From positions 140,289 to 173,592 of the IMG/VR virus record IMGVR_UViG_3300038393_000245: a stretch of DNA of 33,304 bases. One strand, written 5' to 3'. This document shows, piece after piece, positions 1 to 7,431 of this stretch (the stretch's first letter is position 1; each line of letters begins with the position of its first letter). The position numbers were made by a program, and so were the translations under genes. This DNA comes from a virus. Lineage: Duplodnaviria > Heunggongvirae > Uroviricota > Caudoviricetes. A model generated the notes under the pieces. The model was not told where the DNA came from. It saw only the letters and a list, made by a program, of their open reading frames with translations, and made no database searches.

Positions 1-255
1 TGGGATGTCTCGCGCTTCAATCCAACCGTTCCTATCATTCCATTGCCACAAGAATGCTTCGTCAATAAATTCAGGATCGGTTATTTCTTTAGCTAACACT
101 ACGTGCTTGCATTCTCTCTTGGTGGCAAAGCAATCGCACGAGTTAGTGTCTGGATACACTCGATATATCGCAGAAGGAGAGGATTTGTCCTCCCACTTTA
201 CGCACTGAACTAATAGAGGGTCTTTTGAGACTATTCGACAGGTATAGTATGCCAT
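1..255 (-). CDS. SWIM-type zinc finger protein (3' end runs off the window)
   Basis: Not in ORF track. Hand translation from ATG at 255: MAYYTCRIVSKDPLLVQCVKWEDKSSPSAIYRVYPDTNSCDCFATKRECKHVVLA...; CxC-x6-CxH SWIM motif, GAGG SD and a promoter upstream. Confidence 0.75.
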   Translation of the reverse strand, partial: MAYYTCRIVSKDPLLVQCVKWEDKSSPSAIYRVYPDTNSCDCFATKRECKHVVLAKEITDPEFIDEAFLWQWNDRNGWIEARDIP

Positions 256-275
256 GACCCCCTCTTTCTCTAGAT

Positions 276-304
276 ACTCTATCTCATGATGAAATAAATG
301 TCAA
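276..304 (-). promoter_or_regulatory. sigma70-type promoter TTGACA-N17-TAGAGT
   Basis: Perfect -35 and 17-nt spacer, directly upstream of the SWIM gene. Confidence 0.75.
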
Positions 305-351
305 TATCCGATTTTATCAAGAAGGCCATGGATATATCTGGCAATGATAAC

Positions 352-428
352 ATTGACCGGACTCCATCTGGCCATTCTCTGGCCATCTGAGGGCCACGAA
401 TTATCGACATGAATGGAGTCCGGTCAAT
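352..428. repeat. 16-bp perfect inverted repeat with 45-nt spacer
   Basis: ATTGACCGGACTCCAT (352-367) / ATGGAGTCCGGTCAAT (413-428); spacer contains three GGCCA copies. Confidence 0.85.
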
Positions 429-430
429 TT

Positions 431-586
431 CTAATCATTCTGGTTCATGGATGGAGCGTTTAGCCTTTCTCCATGCGTGATGTCTCTGTTATTAGGGTCC
501 CTACACCTCTCGCCTGGAAGAGCGTGACACTTAGGGCAAACGCAATTGCGAATAGACTTACCTACAATTTCCGCTGGTTTTCCCAT
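431..586 (-). CDS. small zinc-finger-like protein (51 aa)
   Basis: Not in ORF track. MGKPAEIVGKSIRNCVCPKCHALPGERCRDPNNRDITHGERLNAPSMNQND; CPxC-x2-PG-x2-C...H..R motif, GAGGGTG SD, overlaps end of upstream ORF. Confidence 0.65.
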   Translation of the reverse strand: MGKPAEIVGKSIRNCVCPKCHALPGERCRDPNNRDITHGERLNAPSMNQND

Positions 587-752
587 CTTCAATCACCCTC
601 ACGAAGTTAACGTTTGAGTAACCCTTAACATTAAGAAACTTAACGAATGATCGAACTTCTTCTTCAGATGACCAGAGTATTGGTTTTCCGTCCTTCACTC
701 TTCCTATAGTCCTGTGAACGGACCCACCGTTAAGAATTATATCGGCCTTCAT
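558..752 (-). CDS. hypothetical protein (64 aa)
   Basis: ATG overlaps the stop of the DUF932 gene (translational coupling). Confidence 0.65.
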   Translation of the reverse strand: MKADIILNGGSVHRTIGRVKDGKPILWSSEEEVRSFVKFLNVKGYSNVNFVRVIEDGKTSGNCR

Positions 753-1750
753 TATGCGATCTCGAGATCGCTAGCACTCTTGGCCATCTCAACGGCTTCA
801 TTAAGTGCTCGGCTCTTTAATTTACGGTTAGGTCCGAACCAAGCTGAATCGAGGCGAGTGTCAACCTCTCTTCCAAGAACGTGATCCGTTAGATACGTTA
901 CCGAATTGAAGAGCTGCCAGAACGATCCCTCGCTCATGTCATGACCAGGCATTACATTCAACGCCTGAAGAGCCAGGAGATGATTTCGGCTTGGCTCAAC
1001 GATCTCTTTCTTGGTGCTCTTTGGAAAGATCTTGGAGAGGAATGCATTGGCGTCATCTGGTGTATAACGCTTAGTCGCCAAAAAGTTAGCAGCATCCCGA
1101 TATTCTAATAACTGCGTGTGCGCGATTCCAAGAGCCGACTTTACTCTCTCGGCATCAAATGGTCGACGGTGGTTGGCCTTGACGATCTTCTGATCAACGG
1201 TCATTCCCTTACCAAGAGCCATCGACAGAGTGTTCCAACAGACGACTCTAATTGGAGTAAATCGAATATCAATCGCTTTTCCAAATTGATGAGGATTGGT
1301 GAACAAGAGGTGTGACTCAACCTCATCGTCTACTTTTCCAACCGTGAAACTCTCTTTGATCCTAGCGAGACCCCACACGACTCGACCAGACTTGAGAGAT
1401 CCGGCCGTGTGCATCTCCATCTCACCCTTTGAGACGAAGTCCGTGAAGAACTCGAAAGCCTCTTCGTTCTGTAGAGGATTCCATTCTGGAGTCACGATAT
1501 CAAGAACGCTATTATCTGAATCTCGAACCAGAGCGTCGGCTTTGATACGAGTCTCTTTCATTTCGGAATCAAAAGGAAGCCGAATGTATGCTGGCTCTTT
1601 TCGAACCGTCCAATCAAGACGAGCCGACTCGAGCATCTCTCTTGGAGTTAGGTTGGAAGCAACAGCCGTTCCGAGTCCGTGCCATGGCACTTCTCCAACG
1701 TAGGACATTGAGTAGCTTCCATCATTCAACTGTTCTAATTCATGTGACAT
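752..1750 (-). CDS. DUF932/DUF945 family phage/plasmid-like protein (TIGR03299-like)
   Basis: YVGEVPWHGLG, LQNEEAFEFF, TAGSL..GR.VW, TPIRVVCWNTL motifs; start moved to ATG 1750 with GAGGG SD. Confidence 0.85.
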   Translation of the reverse strand: MSHELEQLNDGSYSMSYVGEVPWHGLGTAVASNLTPREMLESARLDWTVRKEPAYIRLPFDSEMKETRIKADALVRDSDNSVLDIVTPEWNPLQNEEAFEFFTDFVSKGEMEMHTAGSLKSGRVVWGLARIKESFTVGKVDDEVESHLLFTNPHQFGKAIDIRFTPIRVVCWNTLSMALGKGMTVDQKIVKANHRRPFDAERVKSALGIAHTQLLEYRDAANFLATKRYTPDDANAFLSKIFPKSTKKEIVEPSRNHLLALQALNVMPGHDMSEGSFWQLFNSVTYLTDHVLGREVDTRLDSAWFGPNRKLKSRALNEAVEMAKSASDLEIA

Positions 1751-1776
1751 TTTGTGCCCTCGCTTGTTAGAACATA

Positions 1777-1805
1777 ATTCTATCACATCAAGAGAAAAAT
1801 GTCAA
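1777..1805 (-). promoter_or_regulatory. sigma70-type promoter TTGACA-N17-TAGAAT
   Basis: Near-consensus hexamers, 17-nt spacer. Confidence 0.85.
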
Positions 1806-1817
1806 GGAATTTAAATT

Positions 1818-1859
1818 CAAAAGAAAAAGGGGAGCGCTAGCGATGATTAGCGCTCCCCT
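1818..1859 (-). terminator. intrinsic terminator
   Basis: 11-bp stem GGGGAGCGCTA/TAGCGCTCCCC followed by a T-tract on the minus strand. Confidence 0.85.
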
Positions 1860-1891
1860 CACTCGAGCAGGGGGACTACTCGAGTTGACGA

Positions 1892-2242
1892 TTACTGGTT
1901 TGAGTTTCCTCCTCCATCGCTCCCAGATGAATCATCACGATCCTTCTCGTGTGGAGCCTTAGACGAATGAGGAGTGGTTCCAAGAGTACGACCCTCAGCT
2001 CGATTTTCTTTGAGCCTTCCGTCGTAGTTCTTGTCCTCAACCTCGCCAACTTTCCCAGGTGACCAATTAGAACCGTCGACATTCTCGATCTCGTTGGTGT
2101 TCATCTCGTCGATGTTCCCACTCGATCCTTGGTTCTGATTGTACTGGTCCTGACCGCTAGAGCGATCCTGACCCCCACTCTGGTCATCACGATTGCGATC
2201 ACCACCCTGGTTGCCGGATTGATTTCGGTTGTCTGTTGCCAA
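1892..2242 (-). CDS. low-complexity hydrophilic protein with DGRLKENR motif (116 aa)
   Basis: TTG start 7 nt after AAGGAG; own promoter and terminator; G/N/D/Q/S-rich. Confidence 0.7.
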   Translation of the reverse strand: MATDNRNQSGNQGGDRNRDDQSGGQDRSSGQDQYNQNQGSSGNIDEMNTNEIENVDGSNWSPGKVGEVEDKNYDGRLKENRAEGRTLGTTPHSSKAPHEKDRDDSSGSDGGGNSNQ

Positions 2243-2296
2243 CTTACATCTCCTTTGCTGAAGGTGAGGAGAAAGACATCCTTCATCCTCAGGCCT

Positions 2297-2325
2297 ATTA
2301 TAAAAAGAAAGGATATCGCTGTAAA
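2297..2325 (-). promoter_or_regulatory. sigma70-type promoter TTTACA-N17-TATAAT
   Basis: Perfect -10 and 17-nt spacer; upstream context AAAAATACCTTTACA shared with the 3379-3407 promoter. Confidence 0.8.
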
Positions 2326-2357
2326 GGTATTTTTATTGTGAGATAAAGTGAATGAAT

Positions 2358-2398
2358 AAAAAATAGGATGAGGGAGCGGCACTTCTCCCTCATCCTAT
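2358..2398 (-). terminator. intrinsic terminator
   Basis: 14-bp stem ATAGGATGAGGGAG/CTCCCTCATCCTAT plus T-tract on the minus strand. Confidence 0.85.
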
Positions 2399-2542
2399 CG
2401 AACATTTTAAATGTTGCTCAGGAGTCCATTTGGTTGTTCGTCTGGTGTTCGTCCTCGGTGAGCAGTTCTAGCTTCTGGGGTCGCTGATGCCGGACGACCA
2501 GGAAACTCGTCGTATATCAAGCTTCCTGGTCGTCTCCCCTTG

Positions 2543-3328
2543 TTATCGCCCCCCAGCACTCGCAGACACGGCCGCCCGATTATGCTTGAGGCGACCATCC
2601 CACGGGCGAGCCACGCGCCCGGGACGCCCAGCCATTCGAGCAGTGGAACCCTGAGCCGCGGTCTGAGAAGTCGTTCCAGACTCGTCACCCTGATCTCCCT
2701 GGCGAGCCATCGCGGTGACTCGATCACGGTTCGCTTTCAGACGACCATCGTTAATGGGATCGAGAACACGGCCGCGCTTCGAGGTTCCATCGTCACCATT
2801 CTGACGAGCAGCGACCTCTGGTTCTGGCTGCGGGTTCATTTGAATGTCGTCCTGAGGATAGAGATCCTGGACTCCGCAAAAGATGAAGAGCGGGTTCTCG
2901 AATGATCCCTCGATGGGAGTCACCGCGTCGTACGTTTTCATATTGATGTCGGGGAGCGAGTCCTTTTGAAGCTGGACCTCGACGATGACATCGACGACTT
3001 GGTTATCGTCGTTCTCCAACCAGCCACGGCTGACGAGATGCTGTTGCATGAAACCGGCAGTTGGATTGTGATCGAACGCCGCTTTGAGTTCAACTTCTCC
3101 CGTTGGATCGTGAAGGCCGGCCATGGTGATGGCTCTCTTAGCGACATCGATGAAGCTCTCGATCGCTCGATATCCCTGGAACAAGACCGAGTCGATAACG
3201 CTCTCGCCGGCGACCGTAATGAAGATTCGAGATCGATTCCGATGAAGCATCTCATTTTGAAGGGGTGAGACCATCATCGTTCTCGTGACCATCACTGGCC
3301 CGATATTGTTGTTGGCACTCCGTGTCAT
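2543..3328 (-). CDS. hypothetical protein with disordered C-tail carrying two DGRLKxNR motifs
   Basis: ORF track 263 aa; AGGAG SD favours ATG 3328; visibly GC-richer than its flanks. Confidence 0.75.
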   Translation of the reverse strand: MTRSANNNIGPVMVTRTMMVSPLQNEMLHRNRSRIFITVAGESVIDSVLFQGYRAIESFIDVAKRAITMAGLHDPTGEVELKAAFDHNPTAGFMQQHLVSRGWLENDDNQVVDVIVEVQLQKDSLPDINMKTYDAVTPIEGSFENPLFIFCGVQDLYPQDDIQMNPQPEPEVAARQNGDDGTSKRGRVLDPINDGRLKANRDRVTAMARQGDQGDESGTTSQTAAQGSTARMAGRPGRVARPWDGRLKHNRAAVSASAGGR

Positions 3329-3378
3329 AACCATCTCCTATCTTGGGTCGAGGCCATTCTCTTCCCTTGATAGGCATA

Positions 3379-3407
3379 GTTATAACACGGAATTCCAGCC
3401 TTGTAAA
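3379..3407 (-). promoter_or_regulatory. sigma70-type promoter TTTACA-N17-TATAAC
   Basis: 17-nt spacer; A-tract upstream. Confidence 0.75.
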
Positions 3408-3437
3408 GGTATTTTTTACATTACAAGAAAATATTCA

Positions 3438-3959
3438 CTAAGCGGCCATATTAACGGAACTCTTTGAGTCCACGATCGTTGCTGCAGGGAGGAGGACTCC
3501 GTGCTCGGATTGAACGTACCGATCATAGAGACCATACTCTCGACCATAGGCCTCGATCTCCCAAGGAAGATCGTAATAGTGCATATCATCCGGATAGATA
3601 AGCATCCCCATCCACCTCATACCTTTTCCATCGAGCGACTCTTGCCTCTGACCAAAGGCCATCTGCTTAATGTGAGTCATCTCATGGGCGAGAGTGATTA
3701 GGGTTGATTTAGCCGAAAGATTATCGTCAAAGTCGATATAGAACTTATTGGGGCGAAGTCGATCGTCCATATAATTACACTGGGCGATGAATCCGTGATC
3801 GCTTTGAAAATTCGAGATGAACCTGATCTCAACGTTGATCGACATATACCGATGAACGTCTTCTTGCATGAGGAGGTTCCCCATAAATTTTGCAGCTTGA
3901 CGAATTCTCAATTGATTTACCCCTGCGCCCAATGGGCGTCCATCAATTAACAATCTCAC
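3438..3959 (-). CDS. zinc metallopeptidase-like protein (HEXXH)
   Basis: LAHEMTHIKQ and PWEIEAY motifs typical of T4-like phage metallopeptidases. Confidence 0.8.
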   Translation of the reverse strand: MRLLIDGRPLGAGVNQLRIRQAAKFMGNLLMQEDVHRYMSINVEIRFISNFQSDHGFIAQCNYMDDRLRPNKFYIDFDDNLSAKSTLITLAHEMTHIKQMAFGQRQESLDGKGMRWMGMLIYPDDMHYYDLPWEIEAYGREYGLYDRYVQSEHGVLLPAATIVDSKSSVNMAA

Positions 3960-4133
3960 TTATTGGACCCTACTCTAACTCAGGTAGTTATGGTCCAGGT
4001 CTTCGCTCTCCGCTCTAGCAGTCTCCCGCCCCTGCCTCAATGCTGGTCGCCCAGGCCCCAGGCCAGCATGTTCCCCTTTTATTCTTCTTTTTATCTAAAG
4101 TAAACAGCAAAGTATTACATTTTATAAATTTTT

Positions 4134-4796
4134 TTAATTTAAAATACGGACTCGGTTAGAGAGATCTAGAACCTTGTTAACATACACCTCTTTAGGCTTA
4201 ATGAATACTTGTGGTTGTTCGAAGTCTACTCCAATAAGAATAACAATTTGTGGAACTGAAAGTCCGGTGATCTCCTCAACCATCATAGCATATATGGTCG
4301 TCTGGAGAAAATATCCCTCGATGTCTTCTTCTCTCTTGTTATATTTGGAGGTCTTGAAGTCGATAATCGACATCGTTCCATCAAACACTCCCAAGCAATC
4401 TGCTCGGCCAGCGATCTCTAACCGATCACTCCAGAGTCCGATTTCTATTCCTTTTATAATAGACGCGCGCGCGCGTAACACGTTCGCTATAGACTCGGCC
4501 ATCTCTAGATTATTCGGCATCTGTCGGATGGAATATGCTGGATCGTTAAGGACGATCCTCTCTAGAATAGAATGAACGGCTGTCCCTCGACGTCGAGCTT
4601 GAGTCGATCTCTTAGAGACTTCTTCCCCTCCAACTCTTTCCTTCCATTCTTCCAACCAACTTAGATCACTAAATCTAGAGAGGAATGTTGTTACGCTGGG
4701 ATATCTATTTCCATTTGGAGTCGTGTAGAACCTTCCATTTGAAGTGTCCTCACTCTCGATTCGAGGAATGTCTAGAAAAGAATGTTCGAACATCAC
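4134..4796 (-). CDS. PD-(D/E)XK exonuclease (Cas4/MGME1-like)
   Basis: YPSVTT, GTAVH, IAGRADC, IIDFKTS motifs; syntenic with phoH as in many T4-like phages. Confidence 0.85.
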   Translation of the reverse strand: MMFEHSFLDIPRIESEDTSNGRFYTTPNGNRYPSVTTFLSRFSDLSWLEEWKERVGGEEVSKRSTQARRRGTAVHSILERIVLNDPAYSIRQMPNNLEMAESIANVLRARASIIKGIEIGLWSDRLEIAGRADCLGVFDGTMSIIDFKTSKYNKREEDIEGYFLQTTIYAMMVEEITGLSVPQIVILIGVDFEQPQVFIKPKEVYVNKVLDLSNRVRILN

Positions 4797-5215
4797 AAGA
4801 GTGTTTCAGTAAAGACTGATCCTCCGGTACAAACATCTCTCCTTGCCGAGATCCATACCGCTTTCTCTGTAGAGGCTCCGGCTTCCATGGCTCCTAGAGC
4901 AAACATCCAACCCGAGCCAATTGCCACTGGGACTGTTCTTTCGAAGGATCTCCCATCGGAATCATAAACATACGCTCTACCATTAGTCTCTAAAAGAAGG
5001 ATCGAAGTGTTCCCATTGATCTGGGGCCACTTCTTTCGGTGTCCATTAAAATAATCTAGAATCGGTTTCCAGTTGTATCCATTTCCAGAAAACCCAATTA
5101 GACGACCGTCTTTTAATTTATAAACCTTCTTGTAGTTCGTTTCTACTACAACTTCTCCTGTCGTGATGTATCCATCAGACGACATACTCTTACCATCACA
5201 CGCGATTGTAGTCAC
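4793..5215 (-). CDS. HslV/proteasome-beta-like Ntn hydrolase
   Basis: Start moved to GTG 5215, giving N-terminus TTIACDG..MSSD; AIGSG and A...A.GAS..KAV..SA..D..TGG motifs. Confidence 0.7.
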   Translation of the reverse strand: MTTIACDGKSMSSDGYITTGEVVVETNYKKVYKLKDGRLIGFSGNGYNWKPILDYFNGHRKKWPQINGNTSILLLETNGRAYVYDSDGRSFERTVPVAIGSGWMFALGAMEAGASTEKAVWISARRDVCTGGSVFTETLL

Positions 5216-5223
5216 AAAATATC

Positions 5224-5394
5224 CTATTGAAGGAAATATCCGATAGCAGAAAACAGAAGAATAAAGACTACCATTCCTCCATAGTTTGGAGTAAGATTCC
5301 AAGGTCGGCCTCTATACACGATAGAACACGATCCAACCACTATCAGAAATAGAGATAACCATATAATAAATCCAATGAATGCACCGGTGATCAT
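5224..5394 (-). CDS. small two-TM membrane protein (56 aa)
   Basis: Not in ORF track. MITGAFIGFIIWLSLFLIVVGSCSIVYRGRPWNLTPNYGGMVVFILLFSAIGYFLQ; GGAG SD, directly after a promoter. Confidence 0.65.
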   Translation of the reverse strand: MITGAFIGFIIWLSLFLIVVGSCSIVYRGRPWNLTPNYGGMVVFILLFSAIGYFLQ

Positions 5395-5418
5395 TAATAT
5401 ACTCCAATTAGATATTAT

Positions 5419-5447
5419 ACTATACTACATAACTCGAGAAATGTCAA
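5419..5447 (-). promoter_or_regulatory. sigma70-type promoter TTGACA-N17-TATAGT
   Basis: Near-consensus hexamers. Confidence 0.85.
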
Positions 5448-5456
5448 TTTCATTAC

Positions 5457-6203
5457 TCAAACTGTGATTCGGAGCTCATCCTTTCGAATGATATATTCTT
5501 TAACTAAATTACTCCTCACGATATCTTCTTTTTGAAAGTCGATGAATTCGAAAGATTTCATTCGATTTATAATCGCCATAAAATCTTTGAGTCCCATTCT
5601 CTCTTGATCCCTAGTGAAGTCGGACTGTCTAAAGTCTCCAGAGAATATGACTCTGGTATTCTTTCCTACTCTCGTCATTACTGAGTCTAATTCGTGAAGA
5701 GAACAATTTTGAATTTCATCCGCCAGAATTATGGAATCATTGATGGTGATTCCTCTAATGAAACTAGTAGAGATGAATTGAATTATCCCACTTCTCTTAA
5801 GAGTATCATACGCGTCACTCCTACCAAACAACTCGGTGCATATAGCCGAGTATGGAGCCTCATAAACGGCAGCCTTTTCGGAAGAGTTTCCTGGAAGGAA
5901 TCCCATGTCTCTAGTAGGAACGACTGATCTAACAATAACCAATCTCTTCTTTGTGGTGACTCCAGATAGTATCTCTCTCAGAGCTAAATACACACCAAGA
6001 AACGACTTTCCAGTTCCAGCGATTCCATGGAGCATGAGATTTCTATCGTTCTCATATCCATCGAACGCTAGTCTCTGATTGTCGGTAAGCGGTGATACTC
6101 TGGAAAGATCTAATCCTAAGTTTGGAGTGTTATCGACCTCTGGTTTTTGTTGGCGAAGGAGTCTCTTTTCTCTCTTAGAGAGTCTTTTTTGTTGGTGAGC
6201 CAT
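5457..6203 (-). CDS. phoH: PhoH family ATPase
   Basis: GIAGTGKS Walker A, RGITI, ADEIQN, VIFSGDFRQSD, DIVRS motifs. Confidence 0.92.
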   Translation of the reverse strand: MAHQQKRLSKREKRLLRQQKPEVDNTPNLGLDLSRVSPLTDNQRLAFDGYENDRNLMLHGIAGTGKSFLGVYLALREILSGVTTKKRLVIVRSVVPTRDMGFLPGNSSEKAAVYEAPYSAICTELFGRSDAYDTLKRSGIIQFISTSFIRGITINDSIILADEIQNCSLHELDSVMTRVGKNTRVIFSGDFRQSDFTRDQERMGLKDFMAIINRMKSFEFIDFQKEDIVRSNLVKEYIIRKDELRITV

Positions 6204-6230
6204 CTACTGTTCTCTTTTATTATGAGACGA

Positions 6231-6461
6231 CTAAAACGTGTTTATGTTGGCTCCCTTTCCGCTTCCCTTTTTAATATCGCGAAGAATGTCTCTAAAGCCT
6301 TCGTCTGGCTTTCGAGCATCATTGTAAGATACCGCAAAAGTTGTAATTCTTTGCGTAATATGTGGGTTAGCCTCAAGGTACTCATCTTTAGTTCTCCAGC
6401 TCGAAAAGAACTGGTCGAACTCTTCATTTGTCTCAGTATTAGTGAATGAAAATGTGGGCAT
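6231..6461 (-). CDS. FmdB-like small protein conserved in T4-like phages
   Basis: MPTFSFTNTETNEEFD...YLEANPHI...KPDEGFRDIL pattern; lies upstream of phoH. Confidence 0.65.
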   Translation of the reverse strand: MPTFSFTNTETNEEFDQFFSSWRTKDEYLEANPHITQRITTFAVSYNDARKPDEGFRDILRDIKKGSGKGANINTF

Positions 6462-6607
6462 TAATAGTCTTCGTCATAGTCGGAGAGATAATCGATATCT
6501 AAAACTCTAAGTGCTCTATCGAGCCTCTTTGCTTTTGGATTCTTTCTCTCGGTTACTACTTCCTCATCGGACCAGTCGTTTTTACGAAACTTTTTGATCT
6601 TCTTCAC
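6461..6607 (-). CDS. small hypothetical protein (48 aa)
   Basis: Not in ORF track. GTG start: MKKIKKFRKNDWSDEEVVTERKNPKAKRLDRALRVLDIDYLSDYDEDY; stop overlaps next ATG. Confidence 0.6.
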   Translation of the reverse strand: MKKIKKFRKNDWSDEEVVTERKNPKAKRLDRALRVLDIDYLSDYDEDY

Positions 6608-7016
6608 TTGGAATTAGTCCTGGCCATATTTCTTCGATTAATGCTGGGGTGAGTCCCTTTGGCAACTTACGCTCCTTTACTAGGAGGAGCAGTTCTGCAT
6701 CCTTGGGCGCGATTGATTCAAGTATTTGGACGAATAGTACTTCGAGACGGATTGGATGTAGATTAGAGCCCTTTCCATTACAGAACATATAGAGTCTCTT
6801 AATCTCTTTATAGAGCATGTTTTCCTGATCTAAGAACTCGCAAGGCCTATACGGAGGTCTTCCCTTTGGCAAATCCCAGTGTATACCTGGATGTATTGCG
6901 TATTGAATGAGATCCTGAAGTGCTCTAGAATCGTTCTTACGAAGATATTCGATCTTCTCTTTACGACTCTTAATCTTAGCGGCGTTTTCAAGAATTTCGC
7001 CTAGTCCCAATTTCAT
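6582..7016 (-). CDS. conserved T4-like protein (DUF6433-like)
   Basis: EIL..A..IKS.KEK...L....S..L, W.LP.G.PPY, R.E.LF.Q.LE....DA.LL..VK..KLP.GLT pattern; follows rnh. Confidence 0.7.
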   Translation of the reverse strand: MKLGLGEILENAAKIKSRKEKIEYLRKNDSRALQDLIQYAIHPGIHWDLPKGRPPYRPCEFLDQENMLYKEIKRLYMFCNGKGSNLHPIRLEVLFVQILESIAPKDAELLLLVKERKLPKGLTPALIEEIWPGLIPSEEDQKVS

Positions 7017-7110
7017 TGTTAGTCCTTCATTATATGATATGAGCAGCCGAAGCTGCCCATTATTTATTCATTTAAAGGACTATGCTACAGAGAGAGTATT
7101 TTCTTTTTCA

Positions 7111-7431
7111 TCAAACTGGAGCCCACAGAGAAACTTTTCTGACTTCTATGAATCGTTCAGTTACGCTACCAATTTCTTGATTCTGAATTTCAACTTTATC
7201 GAACCATTCAGAGATTGGCCTTACGTAATAGATATGATCTTCGGAATGATAATCATAATCAGGACCGTCGATTCGGCGATATTTTACTCCGATGTCTCCA
7301 GTATCGGTGAGAATAACATGATCCATGACCACGTAAATTCCACCCTTATAGTGTTGCCATATAGAACTGCAAGGAACCAAATCATCGGCCTTTTCGATTT
7401 TGGCTAGTAATTCTTGAGACTTAGAACTCAT
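7111..7431 (-). CDS. DUF1653 family protein
   Basis: WQHYKGGIYVV...V.Y....YVRP..EWF..V...RF pattern. Confidence 0.7.
   Translation of the reverse strand: MSSKSQELLAKIEKADDLVPCSSIWQHYKGGIYVVMDHVILTDTGDIGVKYRRIDGPDYDYHSEDHIYYVRPISEWFDKVEIQNQEIGSVTERFIEVRKVSLWAPV

Noticed and set aside
2247-2270. Sixth TTCAGCAA motif upstream of the 116-aa gene
   Set aside because: It lacks the RGG-N5 5' strand and a complementary CCYG partner, and the AA runs into the AAGGAG SD; probably chance
1876-3255. Alternative minus-strand ORFs 1876-2082, 2101-2382, 2407-2727 (full length) and 2938-3255
   Set aside because: Out-of-frame overlaps of genes with clear SD, promoter and terminator support; long open frames are expected in GC-rich low-complexity DNA
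5216-5302. N-terminal extension of the HslV-like ORF to 5302
   Set aside because: It overlaps a better-supported 56-aa membrane gene and would bury the catalytic N-terminal Thr
7043-7068. GCAGC-TTCG-GCTGC hairpin with AATAAATA upstream of the DUF6433-like gene
   Set aside because: Probably an ordinary stabilising UUCG hairpin or weak late promoter; no U-tract and nothing else unusual
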